Source: Escherichia phage T4
Sequence record: OL964735.1
Strand: one strand, 5' to 3'
Length of the DNA stretch: 64,000 nucleotides
Below the pieces are notes generated by a model. The model was not told where the DNA came from. It worked only from the letters and a program-made list of their open reading frames with translations, and did no database searches. Of the stretch, positions 41,832-52,222 are shown in pieces (position 1 is the stretch's first letter; the number at the start of each line of letters is the position of its first letter). Both the position numbers and the translations under genes were made by a program.

Positions 41832-44095
41832 TACAATTTACACGCTGCACAATCATCGGCTTTAGGAGTTTCTATTTCATAATCATCAGTACCAGAACCA
41901 TCACGGGTATTATGATAATAGAAATTTTTAATGCCATAATACCATCCGTATAGCATGTCATCAATCATTATTGACATTGGAACCTTTCCTTTTGGAAAAA
42001 TCTGCGGGTCATAATATGTATTCGCTGAAGCTGATTGACATACCCATTTCAGCATAATAGCTACCTGCGTAAGATAAGGTTTATTACCTTTCTTAGCTAA
42101 TTTCCATGTATAATCATAGAGGTCTATGTTATGCTCAATATTGGGCACGACTTGATTAAAGGAACCCTCTTTTGATTCTTTAACACTTACCGGTCCACGT
42201 GGAGGCTCGATGCCGTTTGTACTGTTAGAAACTTGGGAAGATGACTCACATGGCATAAGTGCTGATAATGTGCTATTACGGATGCCAAATAGCTTAAGGT
42301 CTTCCCGCAGCGCCGACCAGTCACAAACGTATTTTGGAGCTGCGATTTGGTCAATCTTTTTATTGTACCAGTCGATAGGTAATTCGCCTCGAGACCAACG
42401 AGTGTCTGAATAATATTCGCAAGGTCCTTTTTCTTTGGCGAGCTTAATGGATGCTTTAATGAGTCCATACTGTAATCTCTCAAATAGTTCATGTGTTAAA
42501 TCGTTAGCATCTTCATAAGAAGCAAAGTTACTTGCCAGCCAAGCTGCATAGTTGGTAACACCTACACCGAGGTTACGACGCTTTTTAGCTTTTTCTGCTT
42601 CAGGAACCGGATATCCTTGGTAATCCAACAGATTATCAAGAGCACGAACTTGAACTTCTGCCAATTCATTAATTTTATCTTGGTCTTGCCAGTCAAAATT
42701 ATCTAATACGAATGCAGAGAGAGTACACAATCCAATTTCAGCATCAGGGCTATTCACATCATTTGTTGGAATAGCAATTTCACAGCACAAGTTACTCTGA
42801 CGAATAGGTGCCTTTTCACGAATAAACGGAGTATAGTTATTCGTATTATCAATGAACTGCACATAAATCCTTGCTGTTCCTGAACGTTCAGTCATGAGCA
42901 ATTCAAATAGTTCACGGGCTTTAATACGCTTTTTACGAATATTAGGGTCTTTTTCTGCTGCTTCGTATAATTCACGGAAACGGTCTTGGTCTTTAAAATA
43001 AGAATAATAAAGCTCGCCACCCATTTCATGCGGACTGAACAAAGTAATGTAATCGTTTTTTCCAAAACGTTCCATCATCAAATCATTCAGTTGAACACCA
43101 TAATCCATATGACGAATGCGGTTTTCTTCTACGCCTTTGTTATTTTTCAAAACGAGAAGATTTTCAACTTCCAAATGCCAAATAGGATAATAAGCAGTAG
43201 CAGCGCCGCCACGAATTCCACCCTGTGAACATGATTTAACTGCAGTCTGAAAATGTTTCCAAAAAGGAATAACACCAGTATGGCGTACTTCACCCATGCC
43301 AATCTTAGAACCTTCGGCACGAATCATACCAACGTTAATACCAATTCCAGCGCGTTTAGAGATATATTCAACAATTGAAGCAGAAGCCTTATTGATAGAC
43401 TTCAATGAATCTCCTGCCTCAATAACAACACATGAACTAAACTGTCGAGTCGGAGTACGACAACCAGCCATAATAGGAGTTGGCAATGAAATCTGTCGAG
43501 TAGATACTGCTTCATAAAAACGGATAACATGTTTTAATCTATCAACAGGTTCATCTTGATGCAGTGCCATTCCAATAGTCATAAATGCAAACTGTGGAGT
43601 TTCATAAATTTGACCAGTGGTTTTATCTTTAACTAGATATTTTTCTTTTAATTGCATTGCCCCGGAATAAGTAAATTCCATATCCCGTTCGTGCTTAATT
43701 TTTGATTCTAAAAATGTAATTTCTTCTGCTGAATATTTTGACAATAATTCAGGGTCGTATTTACCTGCATTTACACAATAAGAAATATGGTCAATAAATG
43801 AACGTGGTTCATACTGCCCATAAACATGCTTACGAAGAGCAAACATTAAACAGCGTGCAGCTACATATTGATAATCAGGTTCTTCAACCGAAATAGAATT
43901 CGCAGCAGCCTTAATGACAATAGTCTGAATATCATCAGTTGTCATTCCATCACGGAGATAAGATTTAATATTTTCATATAATTCATAAGGATCTACTGAT
44001 GTTCCTTCAGCTGCCCAAGATAAAACTTTAATAATTTTTTGTGGGTCAAAGCTCTGAGAAACACCACTACTTTTGATAACATTAATTAATTGCAT
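41831..44095 (-). CDS. nrdA: ribonucleotide reductase large subunit NrdA
   Basis: 754-aa ORF. Confidence 0.96.
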   Translation of the reverse strand: MQLINVIKSSGVSQSFDPQKIIKVLSWAAEGTSVDPYELYENIKSYLRDGMTTDDIQTIVIKAAANSISVEEPDYQYVAARCLMFALRKHVYGQYEPRSFIDHISYCVNAGKYDPELLSKYSAEEITFLESKIKHERDMEFTYSGAMQLKEKYLVKDKTTGQIYETPQFAFMTIGMALHQDEPVDRLKHVIRFYEAVSTRQISLPTPIMAGCRTPTRQFSSCVVIEAGDSLKSINKASASIVEYISKRAGIGINVGMIRAEGSKIGMGEVRHTGVIPFWKHFQTAVKSCSQGGIRGGAATAYYPIWHLEVENLLVLKNNKGVEENRIRHMDYGVQLNDLMMERFGKNDYITLFSPHEMGGELYYSYFKDQDRFRELYEAAEKDPNIRKKRIKARELFELLMTERSGTARIYVQFIDNTNNYTPFIREKAPIRQSNLCCEIAIPTNDVNSPDAEIGLCTLSAFVLDNFDWQDQDKINELAEVQVRALDNLLDYQGYPVPEAEKAKKRRNLGVGVTNYAAWLASNFASYEDANDLTHELFERLQYGLIKASIKLAKEKGPCEYYSDTRWSRGELPIDWYNKKIDQIAAPKYVCDWSALREDLKLFGIRNSTLSALMPCESSSQVSNSTNGIEPPRGPVSVKESKEGSFNQVVPNIEHNIDLYDYTWKLAKKGNKPYLTQVAIMLKWVCQSASANTYYDPQIFPKGKVPMSIMIDDMLYGWYYGIKNFYYHNTRDGSGTDDYEIETPKADDCAACKL

Positions 44096-44412
44096 AAGTC
44101 CTCAACTTGAAAATCGTCTTTAAACAATCGGTTAACTATATGAGCTATTATATCACCATGACACGGCTTTGGTTTACATGTGCATCCTAGCCTCATTCCA
44201 CGTAAAGGCTCTAAATGTGCTTTAGTTATTTCTCCGGATTTAATTCGACGTATAAAATCTTTTTTGAATAATTCAATGGCAGCCTCCCGGCTGCCAGCAT
44301 CTTTACCGACGTAATTTCCCCAAAATGTACCGCGGTGAATATTAACATCAAAGTCGGATTTATATTTATTCACTACCCGGCATAGACGGCCCACGCTGGA
44401 ATAATTCGTCAT
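44086..44412 (-). CDS. hypothetical protein (nrdA.1 position)
   Basis: 108-aa ORF overlapping nrdA start by 10 nt. Confidence 0.6.
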
Positions 44413-44641
44413 ATTGTTTTTCCGTTAAAACAGTAATATCGTAGTAACAGTCAGAAGAAGTTTTAACTGTGGAAATTTTATTATCAAAATACTCACGAGT
44501 CATTTTATGAGTATAGTATTTTTTACCATAAATGGTAATAGGCTGTTCTGGTCCTGGAACTTCTAACTCGCTTGGGTTAGGAAGTGTAAAAAGAACTACA
44601 CCAGAAGTATCTTTAAATCGTAAAATCATATATCCTCGCAA
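44366..44641 (-). CDS. hypothetical protein (nrdA.2 position)
   Basis: 91-aa ORF. Confidence 0.6.
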
Positions 44642-44649
44642 TAATAAAA

Positions 44650-44961
44650 TTACACCGCCATCTTTCCTTTAATAGGAGGGTGTGATACATAGTTGTTAAG
44701 AACGAAATCTTTAGGCCTAAGTTTAAGAACATATTTTAATTGTTCTTTAGTAGAAAGATATCGGAATTTATAAGGTAGACCACTTATTACCAGCTCACAA
44801 AGCTCTTTAGGTTCACGCCTCAAAATTTCTTTACATTGTTCTACGTGATTCATATAGATATGAGTATTACCACCAGAAAATATCAAATCCCCTGGAATAA
44901 GATTACACATCTTAGCTACAATATGAACTAACGTAGCATATGACGCAATATTAAACGGTAG
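44650..44961 (-). CDS. td: thymidylate synthase, exon 2
   Basis: exon starts at Leu codon after intron terminal G (44962); junction VDVFLG|LPFNIASYA. Confidence 0.93.
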
Positions 44962-45977
44962 CATTATGTTCAGATAAGGTCGTTAATCTTACCCCGGAAT
45001 TATATCCAGCTGCATGTCACCATGCAGAGCAGACTATATCTCCAACTTGTTAAAGCAAGTTGTCTATCGTTTCGAGTCACTTGACCCTACTCCCCAAAGG
45101 GATAGTCGTTAGGCATTTATGTAGAACCAATTCCATTTATCAGATTTTACACGATAAGTAACTAATCCAGACGAAATTTTAAAATGTCTAGCTGCATCTG
45201 CTGCACAATCAAAAATAACCCCATCACATGAAATCTTTTTAATATTACTAGGCTTTTTACCTTTCATCTTTTCTGATATTTTAGATTTAGTTATGTCTGA
45301 ATGCTTATGATTAAAGAATGAATTATTTTCACCTGAACGATTTCTGCATTTACTACAAGTATAAGCAGAAGTTTGTATGCGAACACCGCACTTACAAAAC
45401 TTATGGGTTTCTGGATTCCAACGCCCGTTTTTACTTCCGGGTTTACTGTAAAGAGCTTTCCGACCATCAGGTCCAAGTTTAAGCATCTTAGCTTTAACAG
45501 TTTCAGAACGTTTCTTAATAATTTCTTCTTTTAATGGATGCGTAGAACATGTATCACCAAACGTTGCATCAGCAATATTGTATCCATTAATTTTAGAATT
45601 AAGCTCTTTAATCCAAAAATTTTCTCGTTCAATAATCAAATCTTTCTCATATGGAATTTCTTCCAAAATAGAACATTCAAACACATTACCATGTTTGTTA
45701 AAAGACCTCTGAAGTTTTATAGAAGAATGGCATCCTTTTTCTAAATCTTTAAAATGCCTCTTCCATCTCTTTTCAAAATCTTTAGCACTTCCTACATATA
45801 CTTTATTGTTTAAAGTATTTTTAATCTGATAAATTCCGCTTTTCATAAATACCTCTTTAAATATAGAAGTATTTATTAAAGGGCAGTCCTACAATTTAGC
45901 ACGGGATTGTCTACTAGAGAGGTTCCCCGTTTAGATAGATTACAAGTATAAGTCACCTTATACTCAGGCCTCAATTA
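44962..45977 (-). mobile_element. group I intron in td (1016 nt) carrying I-TevI
   Basis: intron begins UAAUUGAGGCCUGAG immediately after exon 1 GGU and ends in G; contains GIY-YIG ORF. Confidence 0.93.
45109..45846 (-). CDS. intron-encoded GIY-YIG homing endonuclease I-TevI
   Basis: 245-aa ORF starting MKSGIYQIKN...KVYVGSA. Confidence 0.95.
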   Translation of the reverse strand: MKSGIYQIKNTLNNKVYVGSAKDFEKRWKRHFKDLEKGCHSSIKLQRSFNKHGNVFECSILEEIPYEKDLIIERENFWIKELNSKINGYNIADATFGDTCSTHPLKEEIIKKRSETVKAKMLKLGPDGRKALYSKPGSKNGRWNPETHKFCKCGVRIQTSAYTCSKCRNRSGENNSFFNHKHSDITKSKISEKMKGKKPSNIKKISCDGVIFDCAADAARHFKISSGLVTYRVKSDKWNWFYINA

Positions 45978-47119
<1,142 letters not shown>

Positions 47120-47175
47120 TTAATTGAAAACGAATGCTTACTTGGATAATTTCAATGACATACATAATATTTTCC

Positions 47176-47418
47176 TCAAACAGACTTTTTCACAATTTTC
47201 CAATCAGCTTTAAACTGCTCGACGTCAGAATGGTAAATCCAAAATCCTGCGCTTTCTCCGTCTTCATAAAGAGGACATCCATCGCATTCATCTTCCCATC
47301 CCATATCACGTAAAAGATGTTCAGCTTTTTCAACAAGTTCAGAATCTTTACCGATGATATTAAAATACCATTTACCTCTAACTTCTGAATCTTTGATGCT
47401 CTGGCGTTGTAATCTCAT
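47176..47418 (-). CDS. hypothetical protein (frd.1 position)
   Basis: 80-aa ORF. Confidence 0.6.
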   Translation of the reverse strand: MRLQRQSIKDSEVRGKWYFNIIGKDSELVEKAEHLLRDMGWEDECDGCPLYEDGESAGFWIYHSDVEQFKADWKIVKKSV

Positions 47419-47524
47419 TTTATTCTCCTTAGCAAGCTTTAATCAAAAGATATAAACAGACCAACATAACTGCTGCCATAATATAAGGTGCGAACATTTT
47501 CTTTTCTCCATTAGTTTTGATAGG

Positions 47525-47558
47525 GTAATAGTATCACACTACTACCCTGATGTAAACT
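47525..47558 (-). promoter_or_regulatory. early promoter (GTTTACA, 17-nt spacer, TACTAT)
   Basis: minus strand motifs overlapping the frd.2-position ORF stop. Confidence 0.45.
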
Positions 47559-47958
47559 ACTTTTTGAAAGTTTTTCGCAAAAGTTCAATGATTTCATCTA
47601 CATTGTTTTCGTCAACAATGCAGTGAATTTTTGTTACGCCAGAAACCTTGTCTTTGACTTCATCTTCTTCAGAAGTCGGTTCTTTATATTCGCGGAAACA
47701 ATAAAACTCTTCTTCACTAAGTTCAAAATAATCATCACCCATACCATCATCATTATAGATTTCACCATTAGCACAAATGATTTCGGTTACATAATCAAAG
47801 CCATCTAAACTTGATATTGATTTAACTTCAAACCAACCGCCATTTTCTTGAATGATGCCGACCATACTAGCATTTGATGAACTAATATCAATGAAAGATT
47901 TAATACGATGTGGATTTAACTCGTATTTTTTGCCGATTTCCATTTTGATTTTCCTCAT
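47557..47958 (-). CDS. hypothetical protein (frd.2 position)
   Basis: 133-aa ORF. Confidence 0.6.
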   Translation of the reverse strand: MRKIKMEIGKKYELNPHRIKSFIDISSSNASMVGIIQENGGWFEVKSISSLDGFDYVTEIICANGEIYNDDGMGDDYFELSEEEFYCFREYKEPTSEEDEVKDKVSGVTKIHCIVDENNVDEIIELLRKTFKK

Positions 47959-47988
47959 TTTAATAGGGGCTTGATAGCCCCTTGATAA

Positions 47989-48216
47989 TTATTGTTCAAT
48001 CAGTCCCATGTAAAATTCTGCGTCTTCAGAATCCATGCCATCACAATATTCATTAGCCATAAAGCGGGTGAGGTCTTCAAGAGGACCTTCAATAACGATT
48101 TGAATACTCCAAAACTTAGAATCTTGCACGCTTGTGATACTAAGTTCAGGATAACGATTACGAATAATCTCTTCAATATATTCAAAATCAACGATGTCAA
48201 TATCAACTTTAGCCAT
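47989..48216 (-). CDS. hypothetical protein (frd.3 position)
   Basis: 75-aa ORF. Confidence 0.55.
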   Translation of the reverse strand: MAKVDIDIVDFEYIEEIIRNRYPELSITSVQDSKFWSIQIVIEGPLEDLTRFMANEYCDGMDSEDAEFYMGLIEQ

Positions 48217-48254
48217 ATTATTTTCCTCTTTAATTATTAGCAGTATTGCCGATA

Positions 48255-48291
48255 GTTGTATAGTACCATAAAGCTTTATGCTTGTAAACCG
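48255..48291 (-). promoter_or_regulatory. early promoter (GTTTACA, 17-nt spacer, TACTAT)
   Basis: minus strand motifs about 40 nt upstream of the frd.3-position ORF. Confidence 0.5.
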
Positions 48292-48310
48292 TTTTGTGAA
48301 AAAATTTTTA

Positions 48311-48339
48311 AAATAAAAAAGGGGACCTCTAGGGTCCCC
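48311..48339 (-). terminator. intrinsic terminator after gene 32
   Basis: minus strand GGGGACC-CTAGA-GGTCCCC hairpin followed by TTTTTTATTTT. Confidence 0.75.
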
Positions 48340-48361
48340 AATTAATTAGTAATATAATCTA

Positions 48362-49267
48362 TTAAAGGTCATTCAAAAGGTCATCCAGGTCCGTGTCATC
48401 AGCACTAGATGAACTACCAGAGCTTGAGCTCATAAAATCATCTTCAGTTTTTGTATTGAAGTCATCAACATTGAATGCATCCAAATCATCAGCAACTTTA
48501 TCAGCTTTCTTAGCAGCAGTTGCAGCAGCACCGCCCATCACAGCAGTTCCCATAACTTGACCGAATTTAGTATTAAGTTCTTCAAACGATTTGAATTTAT
48601 CTTTAGAAGTCATTTCAGAAAGGTCAACCATTTGTTCGAACAGTTCTTTCTGGAAAGATTCATCGTCAATGTTTGGAATCGCAGATTGATTCAGGAATTT
48701 AGATTCATCGTAGTTACTAAATCCAGAAACTTGTTTAACTTTCAGTACAAAGTTAGCACCTTCCCACGGACAAGTTACATCAACTGGAGTTTCACCCATT
48801 TCAACATCAACCGCAATCATTGCATTGATTTTATCCCAGATTTTCTTACCGAAACGGTATTTAAATACTTTACCTTCGTTTTCTGGAGCAGCTGGGTCTT
48901 TTACTACAAGAATGTTAGCCCAGTAAGAAGTTTTACGTTTAACAAGACTGTACTCTTTATTGTCAGTGTTGTATAGATCATTTTTACTGATGTATTGACA
49001 TACTGGGCAAGAATCGTAATCACCATGGGTAGATGAACATGTTTCAATATACCATTTACCATTTTTCTTGAAACCGTGATTTACAAGAATTGCGAATGGT
49101 GCTTGTTCATCATTTTTAGACGGAAGAAAACGAATTACTGCTTGACCGTTACCCGCATTATCGAGTTTCAGTTTCCACTCGCCTTTATCTTCAGAAGAAA
49201 AACCTTTATTGCCATTCAGTTTAGCCATTTGTGCAGCGAGTTCAGCAGTAGATTTACGTTTAAACAT
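48362..49267 (-). CDS. 32: single-stranded DNA-binding protein (T4 gp32)
   Basis: 301-aa ORF; zinc site H...CPVC; acidic C-terminal tail. Confidence 0.96.
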
Positions 49268-49337
49268 TTTTATTTCCTTTTTAATTTAATTTAATTAACA
49301 GTTGGTGCTATGACACTTTACCTCATAGCTGGCATAA
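49268..49337 (-). promoter_or_regulatory. gene 32 autoregulatory translational operator (AU-rich tract plus upstream pseudoknot-forming hairpin)
   Basis: mRNA-sense leader GCUAUGAGGUAAAGUGUCAUAGC then UUAAUUAAAUUAAAUUAAAAAGGAAAUAAAAAUG. Confidence 0.7.
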
Positions 49338-49955
49338 TTCGCAATACTCTGGGTCTTCGAGAGGTATCCAACCTGAGTTGAAATACTTTACCATCGATTT
49401 AGCAGTTGTATCAGTTATATTTATATTACCTTTAACTCTTCGCCATCCAGGAGTTTTACCGTACAGATTAGAGGATAATAATAACACATAATTCTCGTAA
49501 GCAATATGAGATAATTTCCAAGACTCTATATTAGCTCGTGATGTTTTCCAAGGTCTAAAATCGTCACGGTTCATATAATTAGCCAATCTCATATGCTCTC
49601 TAACTTCCGGGTCTTTGGCTGGATGAGTTTCACCACTCACACCAAATCCACCACCAGCATATACCAGATTAAAATAGTCTGGATTATCTCTGGCATTTAC
49701 TTCAAGTTGGTATTTTCGTTCTGCTTCAATAACATCCAAGTCATCATCAATTTGAATTATTTTAACGCTCGGTTTTTGAAGCATTAGCGCATTCAAAAAT
49801 CTTTTTTGTTTACATGAGCTCCAGTATTCCTTTCCGGAAGAGTCATATATTATTCCGTTCTCAAATGAGCAATTTAATTTACTACCGATATAGTAGTATG
49901 GCGGAGTCTTATTTTTGACACGGTCTTCAAATGTAAACCAATATACTATATTCAT
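49323..49955 (-). CDS. segG: GIY-YIG-like homing endonuclease (SegG-like)
   Basis: 210-aa ORF; N-terminal IVYWFTF...PPYYYIGSK; inserted between genes 32 and 59. Confidence 0.8.
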   Translation of the reverse strand: MNIVYWFTFEDRVKNKTPPYYYIGSKLNCSFENGIIYDSSGKEYWSSCKQKRFLNALMLQKPSVKIIQIDDDLDVIEAERKYQLEVNARDNPDYFNLVYAGGGFGVSGETHPAKDPEVREHMRLANYMNRDDFRPWKTSRANIESWKLSHIAYENYVLLLSSNLYGKTPGWRRVKGNINITDTTAKSMVKYFNSGWIPLEDPEYCELCQL

Positions 49956-49956
49956 A

Positions 49957-50610
49957 TCAATACTTGCAAGATTTCACAGTTTCAATGAAAACATTTTTAG
50001 CTTTCTGTGAATCAATATTTAAAATTTTTCTATAAGCCTTTAACTTTATAGAATAATTATTCCAGACTAAATTATCAGTCTGTTCATCATGTTTATCAAT
50101 TATATTTAAAAACGAATCAAGCAAGATAAACGTCTCAAACGAAATTATGTTCGATTGCAGAAGTTTAAAAATATAACTTGATTGAACTTTTGGATTATAC
50201 TCAAAAATTTCTTTAAAAGCAGAAACTTCAACTTTTTTACTAAAATAATAAATGTTGCGAATATCTTCTTCAAACTTAAATTTAATTTGCTTTAAGCGTC
50301 CGATATATTCACGATAAAACACAAGTGCATCAGCGTCAGAGATGTCACCAATCCAAGCATCTTGGTTAGCAACCAAATTGCTTATAAAGATTAAAGCAAG
50401 TTCCTTTAATTTATATTTTTCTGATAACTTCTGGAAAAAATACTTATCCCTTCGCTTTTGATAAGCGGCATCAGACACCCGCATGCACCAATTATACTTA
50501 ATTACATCATACTTTCCATTCATATGTTGTTTTATCATTAAGTATAATTTATAAACTGATTTACCATCAATGTATCTTTCACCACCAGCAGGCATGCGGA
50601 GTTTAATCAT
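49957..50610 (-). CDS. 59: helicase loader (T4 gp59)
   Basis: 217-aa ORF. Confidence 0.92.
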   Translation of the reverse strand: MIKLRMPAGGERYIDGKSVYKLYLMIKQHMNGKYDVIKYNWCMRVSDAAYQKRRDKYFFQKLSEKYKLKELALIFISNLVANQDAWIGDISDADALVFYREYIGRLKQIKFKFEEDIRNIYYFSKKVEVSAFKEIFEYNPKVQSSYIFKLLQSNIISFETFILLDSFLNIIDKHDEQTDNLVWNNYSIKLKAYRKILNIDSQKAKNVFIETVKSCKY

Positions 50611-50945
50611 AGTAGAAAATCTAATGTATTAGTTTTTTCACAACGAACAACAGAAGGACGTAAAAGATTTTCGTCAATAGCTTCTGACTGAATTTTTTCA
50701 ATTATACCCGAAGGAATAAATTTAGCAAATTGAGTTTCAGGAATAGAATTTTCTTCTAAGAATGCTGTTGTAGCTTCAAGATAACTCATTCCAAACTCTT
50801 CTACCATTTTTTCAATAATAAATCCATTTTCTTGGCGGTCAAGAAGCTTTGCTATTTCATCCTTTTCTTTCTTAATTGAAAGTTCTTTTTCTGAAAGACC
50901 GGTCTCATCGACCGGACGAATATCATTTAGAGAAAACTGTGTCAT
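50607..50945 (-). CDS. 33: late transcription co-activator (T4 gp33)
   Basis: track starts at TTG 50954; ATG 50945 gives 112 aa. Confidence 0.88.
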   Translation of the reverse strand: MTQFSLNDIRPVDETGLSEKELSIKKEKDEIAKLLDRQENGFIIEKMVEEFGMSYLEATTAFLEENSIPETQFAKFIPSGIIEKIQSEAIDENLLRPSVVRCEKTNTLDFLL

Positions 50946-51192
50946 AAAGTTCAACTACCTCTTCAGTTTCAGCTTCAAACACATCACGGTTATCTTTATG
51001 ATACAAAGCTAATAGACGATTAAACATCTTACCATCAACGCCAAGTTCATCTTTAGCACGAATTCGAATATCTTTAATCAGTTCATTATAACCGGAAATT
51101 TTCAGTTTATGATCAGATGCTTCTTTAATAAATTTAGCCAAGTCTTCGCCATGGATAGCTTCATCAAATTCAACCATTTCTTTTTTAGCCAT
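50923..51192 (-). CDS. dsbA: dsDNA-binding late transcription protein DsbA
   Basis: 89-aa ORF overlapping gene 33 start by 23 nt. Confidence 0.88.
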   Translation of the reverse strand: MAKKEMVEFDEAIHGEDLAKFIKEASDHKLKISGYNELIKDIRIRAKDELGVDGKMFNRLLALYHKDNRDVFEAETEEVVELYDTVFSK

Positions 51193-51200
51193 TATTCACC

Positions 51201-52118
51201 TCAAAATTCATTAATGCTATTAGTTAATTTAGAAAGACCCGCTTTTACAAAATATGAATAAATTTTGCCACGCGGTGGTAATTTATATGAATTATAGTAA
51301 TTCACAATGTTTGAAGCAATATTATCAGGAATATAATCAAAATCAATTAGAACTAAATTTTCTTTATAACGATTATATTCAGATTCAGTGAGAAGCACCT
51401 TAGCTTGCTCACGGTCATTAGCAATAGCTTCAACGATTGAAGTTTTCATTGAAGGAGTTCGTTCACCTTCAACTCTGGTAAACCAAAAGTCAGATCGTAC
51501 TTTAACTGAAGCAACGTTATCCTTTTTGTCGCCTTTAAGGATTTTAGTCATACAGTCAATTTCAGCAGAACCGCTTTTAATTTTAACCCATTTCTTATGC
51601 ATCGGAGACCATTGCTTAACATTTGGATATTTGTGAAGCTGAGTAAAGTCACCATCTGACGAAATGATTAAAATCTTATGTCCTTCTAAAGAGAACTTTT
51701 TAACAAGAACAGCAATGTGGTCATCTGCTTCATACTTATCAATATCCATAACAATGTATGGCATATAAGCTTTCAATTCATCTATAACTTTATGGCTGGA
51801 TTCAAAATAACCTTCCCAGTCCCAAGTAGATTCTTCTCGTGCTTTTCCACGGTTTTTCTTATAATAATAAGCGAAATCACGACGCCAATATCCAGATTTC
51901 GCGTTATCAATACACAGTACAATTTTAGTGTATCCAAGCGTTTTTGCTTTTTTGACATTAAACTTAATTGAGTTCAATATCAAATGACGAACCATTGATA
52001 AATTAATTTTTTCTTTATCTGGGAAGTTTACCAAAGCAGTTGAAAGCGCAATTTGACTAAAGTCAATTAAGCAGATTCCTTCTTTGTAATCTTCATCCAA
52101 CATCATTTCTAAATCCAT
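51201..52118 (-). CDS. rnh: RNase H (5'-3' exonuclease, FEN family)
   Basis: track starts at TTG 52133; ATG 52118 gives 305 aa. Confidence 0.93.
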   Translation of the reverse strand: MDLEMMLDEDYKEGICLIDFSQIALSTALVNFPDKEKINLSMVRHLILNSIKFNVKKAKTLGYTKIVLCIDNAKSGYWRRDFAYYYKKNRGKAREESTWDWEGYFESSHKVIDELKAYMPYIVMDIDKYEADDHIAVLVKKFSLEGHKILIISSDGDFTQLHKYPNVKQWSPMHKKWVKIKSGSAEIDCMTKILKGDKKDNVASVKVRSDFWFTRVEGERTPSMKTSIVEAIANDREQAKVLLTESEYNRYKENLVLIDFDYIPDNIASNIVNYYNSYKLPPRGKIYSYFVKAGLSKLTNSINEF

Positions 52119-52180
52119 ATGAACCTCGTTCAATTAGTGAGATTTCTATTATATACCATCCAAATCTTAAAGTAAACAAG

Positions 52181-52188
52181 TATAAATA
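52181..52188 (+). promoter_or_regulatory. late promoter TATAAATA for gene 34
   Basis: exact motif 34 nt upstream of ATG 52223. Confidence 0.7.
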
Positions 52189-52222
52189 CTTATTATTGAA
52201 AACACAATAGGAGCCCGGGAGA

